Shown here piece after piece: positions 8,551 to 18,057 of a stretch of DNA of 64,000 bases (the stretch's first letter is position 1; each line of letters starts with the position of its first letter). The translations under genes and the position numbers were made by a program. The notes beneath the pieces were generated by a model that had not been told where the DNA came from, did no database searches, and saw only the letters and a program-made list of their open reading frames with translations. Source of the stretch: an uncultured Gammaproteobacteria bacterium (GTDB taxonomy: Bacteria; Pseudomonadota; Gammaproteobacteria; Xanthomonadales; Rhodanobacteraceae); assembly GCA_963734945.1 (NCBI GenBank), contig CAVTJF010000063.1, forward strand, positions 75,496 to 139,495, in the 5' to 3' direction.

Positions 8551-10248
8551 ATGTCGATCCCGGCGCAGCAGCTGAATCTGGCCGACACGGTCAAGTCGTC
8601 CGATCACGACCAGTTCAAGCAGATTCTTGCCGGACTGGAACAAAGCGCGGGCAGCCTGCCCGAGGACGCCCGCTGGCGTCTGCGCTACCTGCAGGCGTGG
8701 GAGCTGGCCTATCTTGGCCAGTACACCAAGGCATCAAGCCAGCTCAGCCTGATCATGCGGGACTGCCCGAACAGGGATCTGCGCTTTCGAGCGCAAGTCA
8801 CGCAGATGAACATCGATACCGTGTCGCTGCAATACGACAGCGCATTCCAGCGGCTGGTGAAGTTGATCGATGAAGTGCCCGACATCACCAGTACGCAAGC
8901 GCGCACCCAGTTCTACGCGACCGCCGCAATTCTCTACAACAAGGTGGGCGAGTACGACCTTGCCACCTCTGCAGCCGACAAGCTGCTGACCGCCGACAGC
9001 TCCAGCAGCACGCTCTGCAAGGGGCGCTATTTCAAGTTGCTGGCCGCCTACAACAGCGGCCAGTTGAGCACCAGCGACCCCGCTATTGACGTGGCACAGA
9101 CTACCTGTGCCGAGGCGGGCGAGGCGATGCTGGGCAATTCATTGCGCATCCTCCTGGCCAAGCTCGATCTGTCCCGGGGCAACCCGGTATCCGCCCTGGG
9201 CGTGCTGACACCGCACTACCACGAGGTACTCAAGACCGGCTATGCCGAGCTGATCGCCGATTTCGAAGCGGAAATGGCGCAGGCCTACCTGCAGTCGGGC
9301 GATCCGAAAAATGCCGCCATCTATGCGACGCGAGTAGTTGACGCGAGCACCGATCAGGACTACAGCGAAAGCCTGGCCGTGGCCTGCAAGACCCTGTACC
9401 AGATCTACAAGGCGCGTGGTGATACGGCTGCGGCGTTGTCGTGGTACGAGAAGTACACCTCGGCCGACAAGGGTTATCTCAACGAGGTCACCGCCAAGTC
9501 GCTGGCATACCAGAAGGTCAAGCAGCGCGTTCAGGCCAGCCAGGCGCGGACCGATGCCGTGCAGAAGCAGAACCGCATCCTGCAGCTGCAGCAGACGCTT
9601 TCGGAAAAGGTTGCCGAGACCCGCGGCCTGTACGCCACCTTGCTGCTGATTGCCCTGGTGCTGGTTTGCGTGTGGGTGTTGCGCCTTCTGCGCTCGCAGA
9701 AGCGCCTTCGCAAGCTGGCCGAGATTGACAGCCTTACAGGCATCTTCAACCGGCAATACTTCGTCAACGCCGGTGTGCCGCTGCTTGAGGCTTGCAGAAA
9801 AGAGGGCGCCAATGCCAGCCTGATCCTGATCGACCTTGATCATTTCAAGCTGGTCAACGACACCCATGGCCATGCCACCGGCGACGCCGTACTGAAGCGC
9901 ACGGCGCTTGCCTGCCAGGGGCAGCTGCGGTCAAAGGATCTGTTCGGCCGGCTGGGCGGCGAGGAGTTCGGCATCGTCATGCCCAACTGCGAACTGGATA
10001 TGGCGGTCGAGTACGCGGAGCGCATCCGCAGCGCGATTGCCGCGCTGTCCGGCGCCAGCGACGACACGCCCGATGTGACGGCAAGCGTCGGCGTGGCCTC
10101 CACGGCACGGGCCAACTACGATCTGCGCCAGCTGATGATCCACGCCGATGATGCCCTGTATCGGGCCAAGCGTGATGGGCGCAACCGCGTGGCGGTGTCC
10201 GACGGCACCATTTCCATCGTCCGCACGAGCTTCTCCACTGTCGGCTGA
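8551..10248 (+). CDS. membrane-anchored diguanylate cyclase (GGDEF) with large helical/TPR-like N-terminal domain; 5' end uncertain
   Basis: RLGGEEFGIVM active-site motif and EIDSLTGIFNRQYF. One TM (LYATLLLIALVLVCVWVLRLL) precedes the GGDEF domain. 8551 is the first in-frame ATG. The ORF-track start 8389 is a TTG inside the precursor gene. The expected signal anchor lies in other frames (see findings). Confidence 0.8.
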   Translation: MSIPAQQLNLADTVKSSDHDQFKQILAGLEQSAGSLPEDARWRLRYLQAWELAYLGQYTKASSQLSLIMRDCPNRDLRFRAQVTQMNIDTVSLQYDSAFQRLVKLIDEVPDITSTQARTQFYATAAILYNKVGEYDLATSAADKLLTADSSSSTLCKGRYFKLLAAYNSGQLSTSDPAIDVAQTTCAEAGEAMLGNSLRILLAKLDLSRGNPVSALGVLTPHYHEVLKTGYAELIADFEAEMAQAYLQSGDPKNAAIYATRVVDASTDQDYSESLAVACKTLYQIYKARGDTAAALSWYEKYTSADKGYLNEVTAKSLAYQKVKQRVQASQARTDAVQKQNRILQLQQTLSEKVAETRGLYATLLLIALVLVCVWVLRLLRSQKRLRKLAEIDSLTGIFNRQYFVNAGVPLLEACRKEGANASLILIDLDHFKLVNDTHGHATGDAVLKRTALACQGQLRSKDLFGRLGGEEFGIVMPNCELDMAVEYAERIRSAIAALSGASDDTPDVTASVGVASTARANYDLRQLMIHADDALYRAKRDGRNRVAVSDGTISIVRTSFSTVG

Positions 10249-10364
10249 GTGACGTTCGATACGCCCCACGGGCGGGCTTGCCCCGCAGCGTCCGACCCGC
10301 CGTCCGTCTACAGGTCCGCAAGTGATTCATGCACTGCATGGCGCAGCGCGTCACCACCATGGCT

Positions 10365-10838
10365 TCAGTAGCTGACCCCGAAACGCCGCAATGCCTTGCC
10401 CGCCAGCCAGGCAGGGCCGATCAGCAGGTAGGCCAGGTCAGTCAGGAAGGACGGTTTGCGACCTTCTATCTTGTGTCCCACGAATTGACCGATCCAGGCG
10501 GCCACGAACAGGCCGGCGGCCAGCCAAAGCAGGCCGGTCGGCCCCAGCAGTCGAAACAGGGCCTCGCAGATCACGGCACACGCGATGAACACGACTGCCA
10601 TCGTCAGGGCCACCGGGCGAGACAGGCGCAGGTAGAACACGAAAACGGCCAGCATGGCCGCGGCAGCCCAAAGGCCGGCGCGGCCAATACTCGGAGGCAC
10701 CGGAACAAGCCACAGGAAAGCCACCACACACCAGAGAATCACTGGCACACAGACCCAGTGAATGGCACGGTTGGTCGGATTCTGGTGGTCGGCGCTGTAG
10801 CTGGCAAACCACTCGTGCACATCACGCATGAACTGCAC
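10365..10838 (-). CDS. Mpo1-like / DUF962 family membrane protein
   Basis: FASYSADHQNPTNRAIHWVCVPV motif, four hydrophobic helices, and FVGHKIEGRKPSF. This matches the YGL010w/Mpo1-like pattern as I recall it. Confidence 0.7.
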   Translation of the reverse strand: MQFMRDVHEWFASYSADHQNPTNRAIHWVCVPVILWCVVAFLWLVPVPPSIGRAGLWAAAAMLAVFVFYLRLSRPVALTMAVVFIACAVICEALFRLLGPTGLLWLAAGLFVAAWIGQFVGHKIEGRKPSFLTDLAYLLIGPAWLAGKALRRFGVSY

Positions 10839-10947
10839 CCCGCTGAAATGACCCGGACTACGACTCTACGCTGAACCGGCGGCCGGGTAAAATGCGCGCC
10901 ACCGGTTGTTGCCGGAAGCCAGCAGCATCGCGTCGCGATGAGGCGCT

Positions 10948-11883
10948 TCAGCCGTGCGCGTCGCCGTCCGCATCGCACAGTCTGGCCAGCGCCTCGGCAT
11001 ATTTTTCCGCCGTGGCCTCGATGATGGCCCTGGGCAGGATGGGGCCGGGCGGCTGCTTGTTCCAGTCCAGCGTATCCAGATAGTCGCGCACGTATTGCTT
11101 GTCGTAGCTGGGCGGGCTGATGCCTGTGCTGTACTGGGCGGCCGGCCAGAACCGGGACGAGTCGGGTGTCAGTATCTCGTCCATCACGTACAGCTGGCCC
11201 TCGGCATCGGTGCCGAACTCGAACTTGGTGTCGGCAATGATGATGCCGCGATCGCGGGCATAGTCGGCGGCAAATCGATACAGTGTGAGACTTGCCGCGC
11301 GCACGCGTTCGGCCATGTCCTTGCCGACCAGCGCGATCATCTTCTCGAAGGAGATGTTCTCGTCGTGGTCGCCCGCCGCAGCCTTGGTTGACGGCGTGAA
11401 CAGGGGTTCGGGCAGTACCTCGGCCTGGCGCAGGTCGGGTGGAAGGTTGATTCCGCACAACTGGCCAGTGGCCTGGTATTCACGCCAACCCGACCCGATC
11501 AGGTAGCCACGCACGATGGCCTCGACCGGGAGCGGCACAAGATGCCGGGTGACGACGCTGCGGTGGCGATACAGGTCAATGTCGGTGCCGGGCGGCAATA
11601 CGTCCTCGATCGGTGTATCGAGCAGGTGATTGGGCACCAGGTGGGCGGTCTTGCCGAACCAGAAATTGCTGAGGCGCGTCAGAATCTCGCCCTTGCCGGG
11701 AATCGGGTCCGGCAGAACCACGTCATAGGCAGACAGGCGGTCGCTTGCAACAATCAGGAGGCGCTCGTCGGCGAGTGCAAACACATCGCGGACCTTGCCT
11801 TGGTGGATGCATTGGAGACCTGGCAGATGGGCCTTGCTGAGGGAGGTCGGCACGGTGAAATTCCAGGAGGGCGAAAAGCGCAT
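10948..11883 (-). CDS. purC: phosphoribosylaminoimidazole-succinocarboxamide (SAICAR) synthase
   Basis: Only the last 311 codons of the 728-aa track ORF look real. They contain [27 protein letters not shown] and [10 protein letters not shown]. Start set at ATG 11883. Confidence 0.9.
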   Translation of the reverse strand: MRFSPSWNFTVPTSLSKAHLPGLQCIHQGKVRDVFALADERLLIVASDRLSAYDVVLPDPIPGKGEILTRLSNFWFGKTAHLVPNHLLDTPIEDVLPPGTDIDLYRHRSVVTRHLVPLPVEAIVRGYLIGSGWREYQATGQLCGINLPPDLRQAEVLPEPLFTPSTKAAAGDHDENISFEKMIALVGKDMAERVRAASLTLYRFAADYARDRGIIIADTKFEFGTDAEGQLYVMDEILTPDSSRFWPAAQYSTGISPPSYDKQYVRDYLDTLDWNKQPPGPILPRAIIEATAEKYAEALARLCDADGDAHG

Positions 11884-12030
11884 TGTAGCCAATGCGGCCG
11901 ACTGACACGCTACACTGTGCGCTGGTTTTGTCCACTTGTCCGCCATGCATCTCCTCGCCCCCGGAAAAATCGCGCCACCCAGCCACCCCCTTGATACCTC
12001 GCCCCCACGGCGGCTCGGGCGGTCAGGGCG

Positions 12031-12834
12031 ATGAAATACCTGGGTGCACTGATCGGGGCCGTGTTGGGGCTGGTGGTGTTCCACAACTTTGTCGCGCTGA
12101 TGTTCGGCGCCCTGATCGGCTACGGCTTCGATGTCAGCCGGCATCAGAAGAAGCGCCAGCGGAAAGTCGCGGACCGCGGCTTTGTGGAACCCCTTTTTGC
12201 ATTGCTGGGCGCCATCGCCAAGTCCGATGGACGCGTTTCCGAGAACGAGATTGCGGTGGCCGAGCGCATGATGCAGCGCCTGCAGCTGAACAGCGATTGG
12301 CGCAAGCGCGCCATCGATGCGTTCAACAGCGGCAAGCAGCCCGCATTCGACATGCGTGCCACCATCACGCGGCTGCGGGACTGGACCGGCGGTTATCGCG
12401 ACCTGGCCTACCCCATGCTGGATGTCCTGGTTGACACCGTGCTGGCCGAGGGCGCGCCAAGCGAAGCCAAGCTGCGCCTGCTGAAGCAGGTGGCTCACGC
12501 CCTTCGCATCAGCGAACTGGAGCTCATGGCGATGATGGCCATGAAGGGCGCAGCCGCCGGTCAACCGGGTGCGCGGCCCGGCTGGCGACCCGGTTCGGCC
12601 GGGCCGCGCAGTGCGCCGGGGCGCAGCGGGTTTTCCGACCCCTACGCCGTCCTCGGCCTGACCCGCAATGCCGACAACAGCCAGATCAAGCGTGCCTACC
12701 GCAAGCTGATGAGCGAGCACCATCCGGACCGCCTTGGTGATCTGCCCGAGGATTTGCGGCGACGCGCCGAGGAGCGCGCCAGTGCCATCAATGCGGCGTA
12801 CGACCAGATAAAGCAGCAACGCGGAATCAAGTAA
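12031..12834 (+). CDS. djlA: co-chaperone DjlA (TM + TerB-like + C-terminal J domain)
   Basis: N-terminal TM, then [24 protein letters not shown]. The C-terminal J domain reads [32 protein letters not shown]. Confidence 0.85.
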   Translation: MKYLGALIGAVLGLVVFHNFVALMFGALIGYGFDVSRHQKKRQRKVADRGFVEPLFALLGAIAKSDGRVSENEIAVAERMMQRLQLNSDWRKRAIDAFNSGKQPAFDMRATITRLRDWTGGYRDLAYPMLDVLVDTVLAEGAPSEAKLRLLKQVAHALRISELELMAMMAMKGAAAGQPGARPGWRPGSAGPRSAPGRSGFSDPYAVLGLTRNADNSQIKRAYRKLMSEHHPDRLGDLPEDLRRRAEERASAINAAYDQIKQQRGIK

Positions 12835-13009
12835 GCTGGGAGCCGGCCGGGTGCATGCACGGTCGGCTGCGCATCGGTTGGTTCGGCATCCTGGTGTGAC
12901 GCGCCATGCCGATCGGCCAGGGCTTCTGCCCGCAATCGAAACATGATCACTGCAGGCGTGCCCGCGCCTGCTTGCCACACAACCGACAGGTGCCCGGAGG
13001 TTTTCGAAC

Positions 13010-13678
13010 ATGGCCAGACAGCCCACCATCATTGCTCCGTCGATTCTGTCCGCCGACTTTGCCCGTCTGGGTGCCGAGGTTGATGCCGTTCTCGAGGCCG
13101 GTGCCGACTGGGTGCACTTTGATGTCATGGACAATCACTACGTGCCCAATCTCACCATCGGCCCGGCGGTGTGCAAGAGCCTGCGCAAGTACGGTGTCGA
13201 GGCGCCGATCGACGTGCACCTGATGGTCAAGCCGGTTGATCGCATCGTGCCCGACTTCGCCGAAGCCGGCGCCAGCCTGATCAGTTTCCATCCGGAGGCG
13301 GTCGAGCACGTGGACCGCACCCTGGAACTGATCCGCGAATGCGGCTGCAAGGCGGGCCTGGTGTTCAATCCGGCCACGTCGCTGGACTGGCTGGACTACG
13401 TGCTGGAGCGCATCGACCATGTGCTGATCATGTCGGTCAATCCGGGCTTCGGTGGCCAGAGCTTCATCACCAGCGCCCTCGACAAGTTGCGCAAGGCACG
13501 CCAGATCATCGATGCCAGTGGTCGCGACATTCGTCTTGAGGTCGACGGTGGCGTCAAGGTCGACAACATCGCCGATATCGCCGCGGCCGGCGCCGACACC
13601 TTCGTTGCCGGTTCGGCCATCTTTGGTGCCGACGACTATCGCCGGGTCATCCAGGCCATGCGCGACAACGCAGGCTGA
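13010..13678 (+). CDS. rpe: ribulose-phosphate 3-epimerase
   Basis: [53 protein letters not shown]. Confidence 0.95.
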   Translation: MARQPTIIAPSILSADFARLGAEVDAVLEAGADWVHFDVMDNHYVPNLTIGPAVCKSLRKYGVEAPIDVHLMVKPVDRIVPDFAEAGASLISFHPEAVEHVDRTLELIRECGCKAGLVFNPATSLDWLDYVLERIDHVLIMSVNPGFGGQSFITSALDKLRKARQIIDASGRDIRLEVDGGVKVDNIADIAAAGADTFVAGSAIFGADDYRRVIQAMRDNAG

Positions 13679-13680
13679 GT

Positions 13681-13782
13681 TCAAGAAACCGCAGGGGCAA
13701 GTCGCCGCAGCAACGGATGCCAGTCGGGATCAGGGTCCTCGTGGCGATCAGCCATTGCCTGATTGAGCGGGTATGTGGTCAT
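13681..13782 (-). CDS. candidate micro-ORF (33 aa, acidic/proline-rich)
   Basis: MTTYPLNQAMADRHEDPDPDWHPLLRRLAPAVS. GGAGGA lies 7 nt upstream of the ATG. It starts 17 nt after the stop of the preceding micro-ORF. No homology recognised. Confidence 0.3.
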   Translation of the reverse strand: MTTYPLNQAMADRHEDPDPDWHPLLRRLAPAVS

Positions 13783-13799
13783 GACGGATTCCTCCGGGA

Positions 13800-13910
13800 T
13801 CAAATGAAAGACAGTGCCAGCCCCAGCAACAGGGCGGTGATGGCGAAAACGACACGCAGCGGTTCGTAGTTGCCTTGCAGTTCCGGGTCGACGGGGACGT
13901 CTGATTTCAT
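13800..13910 (-). CDS. candidate small membrane protein (36 aa)
   Basis: MKSDVPVDPELQGNYEPLRVVFAITALLLGLALSFI has a C-terminal TM helix. AGGAG lies 5 nt upstream of the ATG. It is divergent from the two-component operon. Confidence 0.4.
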   Translation of the reverse strand: MKSDVPVDPELQGNYEPLRVVFAITALLLGLALSFI

Positions 13911-14089
13911 GCTGGCTCCTGGTCGTGGTGCGGATCCATTGCAACCCGCCGGAAGGGCGGTCACGGGCGCCGCGGGGGGCGAAAAACGGGCCAAATCGGG
14001 CATTTTCGGGTCAATCGGCTTGCATGGTTGCCGGATGCAGGGCACGCTTGCCGGACAGGCCCGCACCCGGGCGCGAAGAGAAGCCTTGC

Positions 14090-14779
14090 ATGCCGCGCAA
14101 TATCGCCATTGTCGAAGACGAGCCGTTGATCCGTGCCAACTATGTCGAGGCACTGAATCGTCTTGGCTATGCGGCGCGCGGGTATGCCACGCGGGGTCAG
14201 GCGAGCGTGGCGTTCAAGGCCCAGCTGCCGGATCTGGTAATCATTGATGTGGGCCTGGGCGATGAGCCCGAGGGTGGCTTTGACCTGTGCCGCGAGCTGC
14301 GCGCGCGCTCCTCGACCCTGCCGCTGATTTTCCTGACTGCGCGCGACTCGGACTTCGACGTGATCTCCGGGCTGCGGTTGGGCGCCGATGACTATCTGAG
14401 CAAGGACACCAGCCTGCACCAGCTGGCTGCGCGCATCGCCGCCCTGTTCCGCCGCATGGACTCCTTGAGCGTGCCGGCGACGCGGGAAACGGTGATCGAG
14501 CGCGGCCCGCTGAAACTGGCCACCGAGCGCATGCAGGTGGCGTGGAACGACGCGCTGGTGCCGCTGACCGTCACCGAGTTCTGGATGGTGCATGCCCTGG
14601 TGCGCCATCCCGGCCACGTGAAGAGCCGCGAGCAGCTCATGCGCGATGCCGAGCTGGTGGTGGACGAGACCACGATCACCTCGCACATCAAGCGCATGCG
14701 CAAGAAATTTCTTGCCATCGATCCCGAATTCAACGCCATCGATACAGTGCATGGTGCCGGGTATCGGTGGATGGCCTGA
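14090..14779 (+). CDS. OmpR/PhoB-family response regulator
   Basis: Start re-set to ATG 14090 (MPRNIAIVEDEPLIR). The receiver has LVIIDVGL and LTARDS. The winged-helix C-terminus ends HGAGYRWMA. Possibly the PdsR type (see findings). Confidence 0.9.
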   Translation: MPRNIAIVEDEPLIRANYVEALNRLGYAARGYATRGQASVAFKAQLPDLVIIDVGLGDEPEGGFDLCRELRARSSTLPLIFLTARDSDFDVISGLRLGADDYLSKDTSLHQLAARIAALFRRMDSLSVPATRETVIERGPLKLATERMQVAWNDALVPLTVTEFWMVHALVRHPGHVKSREQLMRDAELVVDETTITSHIKRMRKKFLAIDPEFNAIDTVHGAGYRWMA

Positions 14780-14952
14780 AGCGCGGTGCGGTGACTGCCG
14801 GCGCCAAGGGTGGGCCTGTGCCAGGGGATTGTCATGACACGCCAAAGCAAGCGGGAAAGTGCGCAGCATGAATGGCCGGATTTGAGCCGGATCGTCGCCG
14901 GTTCGCCGTCTTGCTGCCTGCCGGCCAGGCATTGGCCGGGGGCGCCCGCTCA

Positions 14953-16968
14953 ATGACTCTGCAACGCAAACTGTTGCTGGTCTCTCTGGCCACTCTCCTG
15001 CTGCCGGTGGCCGGCTGGCTGTACCTGCGGCAGATGGATATGGTGCTGCGGCAATCACAGCAGCGCTCGTTGGCAGCCTCGGCGCAGATGCTGGCTCGCA
15101 CGGTCAACGCCTGGGTGCGGTTGCCGCGGGAACCGGCATGGCATGTGCAGCATTCGGTGCTGCCGCTGGTGGTCGACGGTTACGGCGACGACTGGAATCG
15201 ACTGGCGGCATGGGCCGAGCCGGTCGCGGGTCATGGACGCCTGCTGCTGGGCGAACATGCCGGCGAGCTGTATCTGTTTCTGACGGTGGCGGACAGCACC
15301 GCCGACCGCCTCAAGCCCAATGGCACGATTGCTGCAGCCGACCATGTCGATTTGTGGTTGGGCATGCGCGGCGCGCGCTGCCACTATCAGCTGGCGGCGG
15401 TGGCCCCGGGCGTGATCAAGGCCCGGCCCCTGAACAAGCCCGACGACAAGTGCTTCAATCCCTTGCGCGTGCAATGGCAGGAAGATGGCAGCGGCTATCG
15501 TGTGGAATTGCGGCTGCCGCCAGCGGCGGGCCTGGGCTGGCTCGGGGTGCGGGCGGTCGACGCCAGTGCGTCGGGTCGGCCCGAGCCGGCAAGCTCCAGG
15601 CCCTTGCAGCGCTACTCTCGCGATCTGTCGCAACGCCTTGCTGCCCTTGTGCCCGATGCCGCTCGTGTGCGCCTGGTGGATCGGGATGGCTGGGTGATCG
15701 CCAGTGCCGGACGGCTTGGCCAGAACGCTGGCTCGGACATGCCCGGCTGGTTGTCGACCGCGGCGTACCGGATGCTGGTGGCGCATGACATGCAAGGCTC
15801 GTCGGCCATGGATCAGGTTGCTCCGCGTCTGGAGGCGCCGGAAGTGTGGCAGGCGCTGTCCGGTCTGCCGGCAACCAGCTGGCGCAGTTCGATCACCCGT
15901 GCGCGGGTGACCCTGGCTGCTGTCGAGCCGCTGCCCGGTGCCGGTGATCCGCGCGGGGCCATCGTGCTCGAGCAGTCCACCCAGGCCATGCCCCTGCTGA
16001 GCAACCGCAGTCTGTTGTGGCTGCTGCTGGGCAGCATTGCATTGCTGCTGCTGGCTGGTGCCGTGCTGGCCGGTTTTGCGCTCAGACTCGGCAGTCGCCT
16101 GCGGCAGCTGCGCGATGCGGTGCACAAGGCAGCCTTCCGGCCTGGCCGTCAGCCGGCGCCCGCAGAACTTCCGGGCAGCGATGAAGCGGATGAGTTGGGT
16201 GATCTGGCGCGCAGCCATCAGCAGCTTCTGCTGGCGGTATCGGGCTATACCGACTACCTGCGTACCCTGGCGTCAAAACTGTCGCATGAACTGAACACAC
16301 CCCTGGCCATCGTCAAGTCGTCACTGGACAATCTGGACCAGGCCGAGCTGCCCGATACGCAGCGTACCTACCTCAAGCGTGCCCGCGAGGGCGGTGAACG
16401 ACTGACATCGCTGGTGCGAGCCATGGGCGCTGCGGGACGCATCGAGCAGGCCATCGGCCAGAGCGAGAGCGAGGACTTTGACCTGCGTTTGCTGGTGGCC
16501 GGCTGCGCCGACGGCTACCGTCTGCTTGCGGGCAGCCGCGACCTGCACCTGTCCTTGCCCGCCGGAGCCGTGCAACTGCACGGCGCGCCGGATCTCATCG
16601 TGCAGGCGCTGGACAAGCTGTTCGACAATGCCCTGTCATTCACCCCCGAAGACGGCTGGATCAGCCTGGGCCTGCGTGCCGATGACGAAGGCGTGGTGAT
16701 CGAGCTCGCCAACCAGGGCCCGTTGCTGCCCGGAGACGGAGACGGGCGACTGTTCGATTCGCTGGTCAGCGTGCGCGACACCAGTGAGGCCGGCCGCACG
16801 CCGCATCTGGGCCTGGGCCTTTACATCGTGCGCATGATTGCCGAGTACCACGGCGGCCGGATCACGGCGCACAATCTCGAGGACGGCAGCGGCGTGGTGT
16901 TTTGCCTGCGCTTGCACGGCGTGGCGCGTCAGTCGATTGCGCCAGTCGAGCACAACGAGCCGGACTGA
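14953..16968 (+). CDS. sensor histidine kinase with large periplasmic domain
   Basis: Start at ATG 14953 (MTLQRKLLLVSLATLLLPVAGWLYL). A second TM follows about 350 aa later. H-box LSHELNTPLAIV, N-box KLFDNALSF, G-boxes NQGPLLP and GLGLGLYIV. Confidence 0.85.
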   Translation: MTLQRKLLLVSLATLLLPVAGWLYLRQMDMVLRQSQQRSLAASAQMLARTVNAWVRLPREPAWHVQHSVLPLVVDGYGDDWNRLAAWAEPVAGHGRLLLGEHAGELYLFLTVADSTADRLKPNGTIAAADHVDLWLGMRGARCHYQLAAVAPGVIKARPLNKPDDKCFNPLRVQWQEDGSGYRVELRLPPAAGLGWLGVRAVDASASGRPEPASSRPLQRYSRDLSQRLAALVPDAARVRLVDRDGWVIASAGRLGQNAGSDMPGWLSTAAYRMLVAHDMQGSSAMDQVAPRLEAPEVWQALSGLPATSWRSSITRARVTLAAVEPLPGAGDPRGAIVLEQSTQAMPLLSNRSLLWLLLGSIALLLLAGAVLAGFALRLGSRLRQLRDAVHKAAFRPGRQPAPAELPGSDEADELGDLARSHQQLLLAVSGYTDYLRTLASKLSHELNTPLAIVKSSLDNLDQAELPDTQRTYLKRAREGGERLTSLVRAMGAAGRIEQAIGQSESEDFDLRLLVAGCADGYRLLAGSRDLHLSLPAGAVQLHGAPDLIVQALDKLFDNALSFTPEDGWISLGLRADDEGVVIELANQGPLLPGDGDGRLFDSLVSVRDTSEAGRTPHLGLGLYIVRMIAEYHGGRITAHNLEDGSGVVFCLRLHGVARQSIAPVEHNEPD

Positions 16969-17073
16969 CCTGGCCGGGCCGGCGCGCGGCCCGTGCCGGG
17001 CAACAATGCGGGCAAGGTGCCCAAGCGGCGGCTGATCCGATAAACTGTGCTGTTCCCCGCAACTTTCACCGCC

Positions 17074-17961
17074 ATGAAAGCCCACCTTCAGGAATATCTG
17101 GAACTGACCAAGCCGCGCATCGTCGCGCTGCTGGTGTTCTGTGCCGTGATCGGCATGTTCCTGGCGGTGCCGGGTCTGCCGCCCTGGCGCGCGCTGGTGT
17201 TCGGCACGCTGGGCATCTGGCTTGCGGCGGCATCGGCGGCGGCATACAACCACCTGGTCGACCAGCGCATCGACAAGCTGATGGCACGTACTGCCCGTCG
17301 ACCGCTGGCCTCCGGCATGCTCTCGCCCATGCAGGTGTTCGTGTTCGCAACCGTATTGGGCATTGCCTCGATGCTGATTCTGGCGCTGTGGGTCAATGTG
17401 CTGACCGCCGCACTGACCTTTGCCGGCCTCATCGGCTACGCGGTGATCTACACCGCCTTTCTGAAGCGTGCCACGCCGCAGAACATCGTCATTGGTGGAG
17501 TCGCCGGCGCCATCCCGCCGGTGCTTGGCTGGACTGCGGCCACCGGCCAGCTGCATGCCTATGCCTGGCTGCTGTGCCTGATCATCTTTGTCTGGACACC
17601 ACCGCATTTCTGGGCACTGGCGATCTTTCGCCGGGAAGACTACTCGCGAGCCAAGGTGCCCATGCTTCCGGTCACCCACGGGGTGGAATACACCCGCTGG
17701 CATGTGCTCTTCTACACCGTGCTGCTGGTGCTGGTGACGCTGCTGCCGTACCTCACCGGCATGAGTGGCCTGCTCTACCTTGGCGGTGCCGTGGTCCTGG
17801 GGGCGGGTTTCATCTACTACGCCGTGCGCCTGCTGCGCCCCCCGGACGAGCGCTTTGCCATGCGCGTGTTCGGCTATTCCATCACCTATCTGATGGCCCT
17901 GTTCGCGCTGCTCCTGCTGGATCACTGGCTTACCGTGCCCATCATTCACCCCGGCGTCTAG
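17074..17961 (+). CDS. cyoE: protoheme IX farnesyltransferase (heme O synthase)
   Basis: [22 protein letters not shown] start, polytopic UbiA-type membrane protein, [10 protein letters not shown] motif. An alternative GTG start lies at 17047. Confidence 0.9.
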   Translation: MKAHLQEYLELTKPRIVALLVFCAVIGMFLAVPGLPPWRALVFGTLGIWLAAASAAAYNHLVDQRIDKLMARTARRPLASGMLSPMQVFVFATVLGIASMLILALWVNVLTAALTFAGLIGYAVIYTAFLKRATPQNIVIGGVAGAIPPVLGWTAATGQLHAYAWLLCLIIFVWTPPHFWALAIFRREDYSRAKVPMLPVTHGVEYTRWHVLFYTVLLVLVTLLPYLTGMSGLLYLGGAVVLGAGFIYYAVRLLRPPDERFAMRVFGYSITYLMALFALLLLDHWLTVPIIHPGV

Positions 17962-18057
17962 GCGCGGCGCAGAGGCAGTATTGCGTGTGCCCGGCCGTTC
18001 AGCTGTCTGCCGGGGCCGTGCGCTAGACTGTTACTCAATCCTGAAAGCAGTACCAAC

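Noticed and set aside
10948-13134. 728-aa ORF taken as one gene
   Set aside because: Only the last 311 codons are PurC. The upstream part is antisense to djlA and rpe and reads as low-complexity noise.
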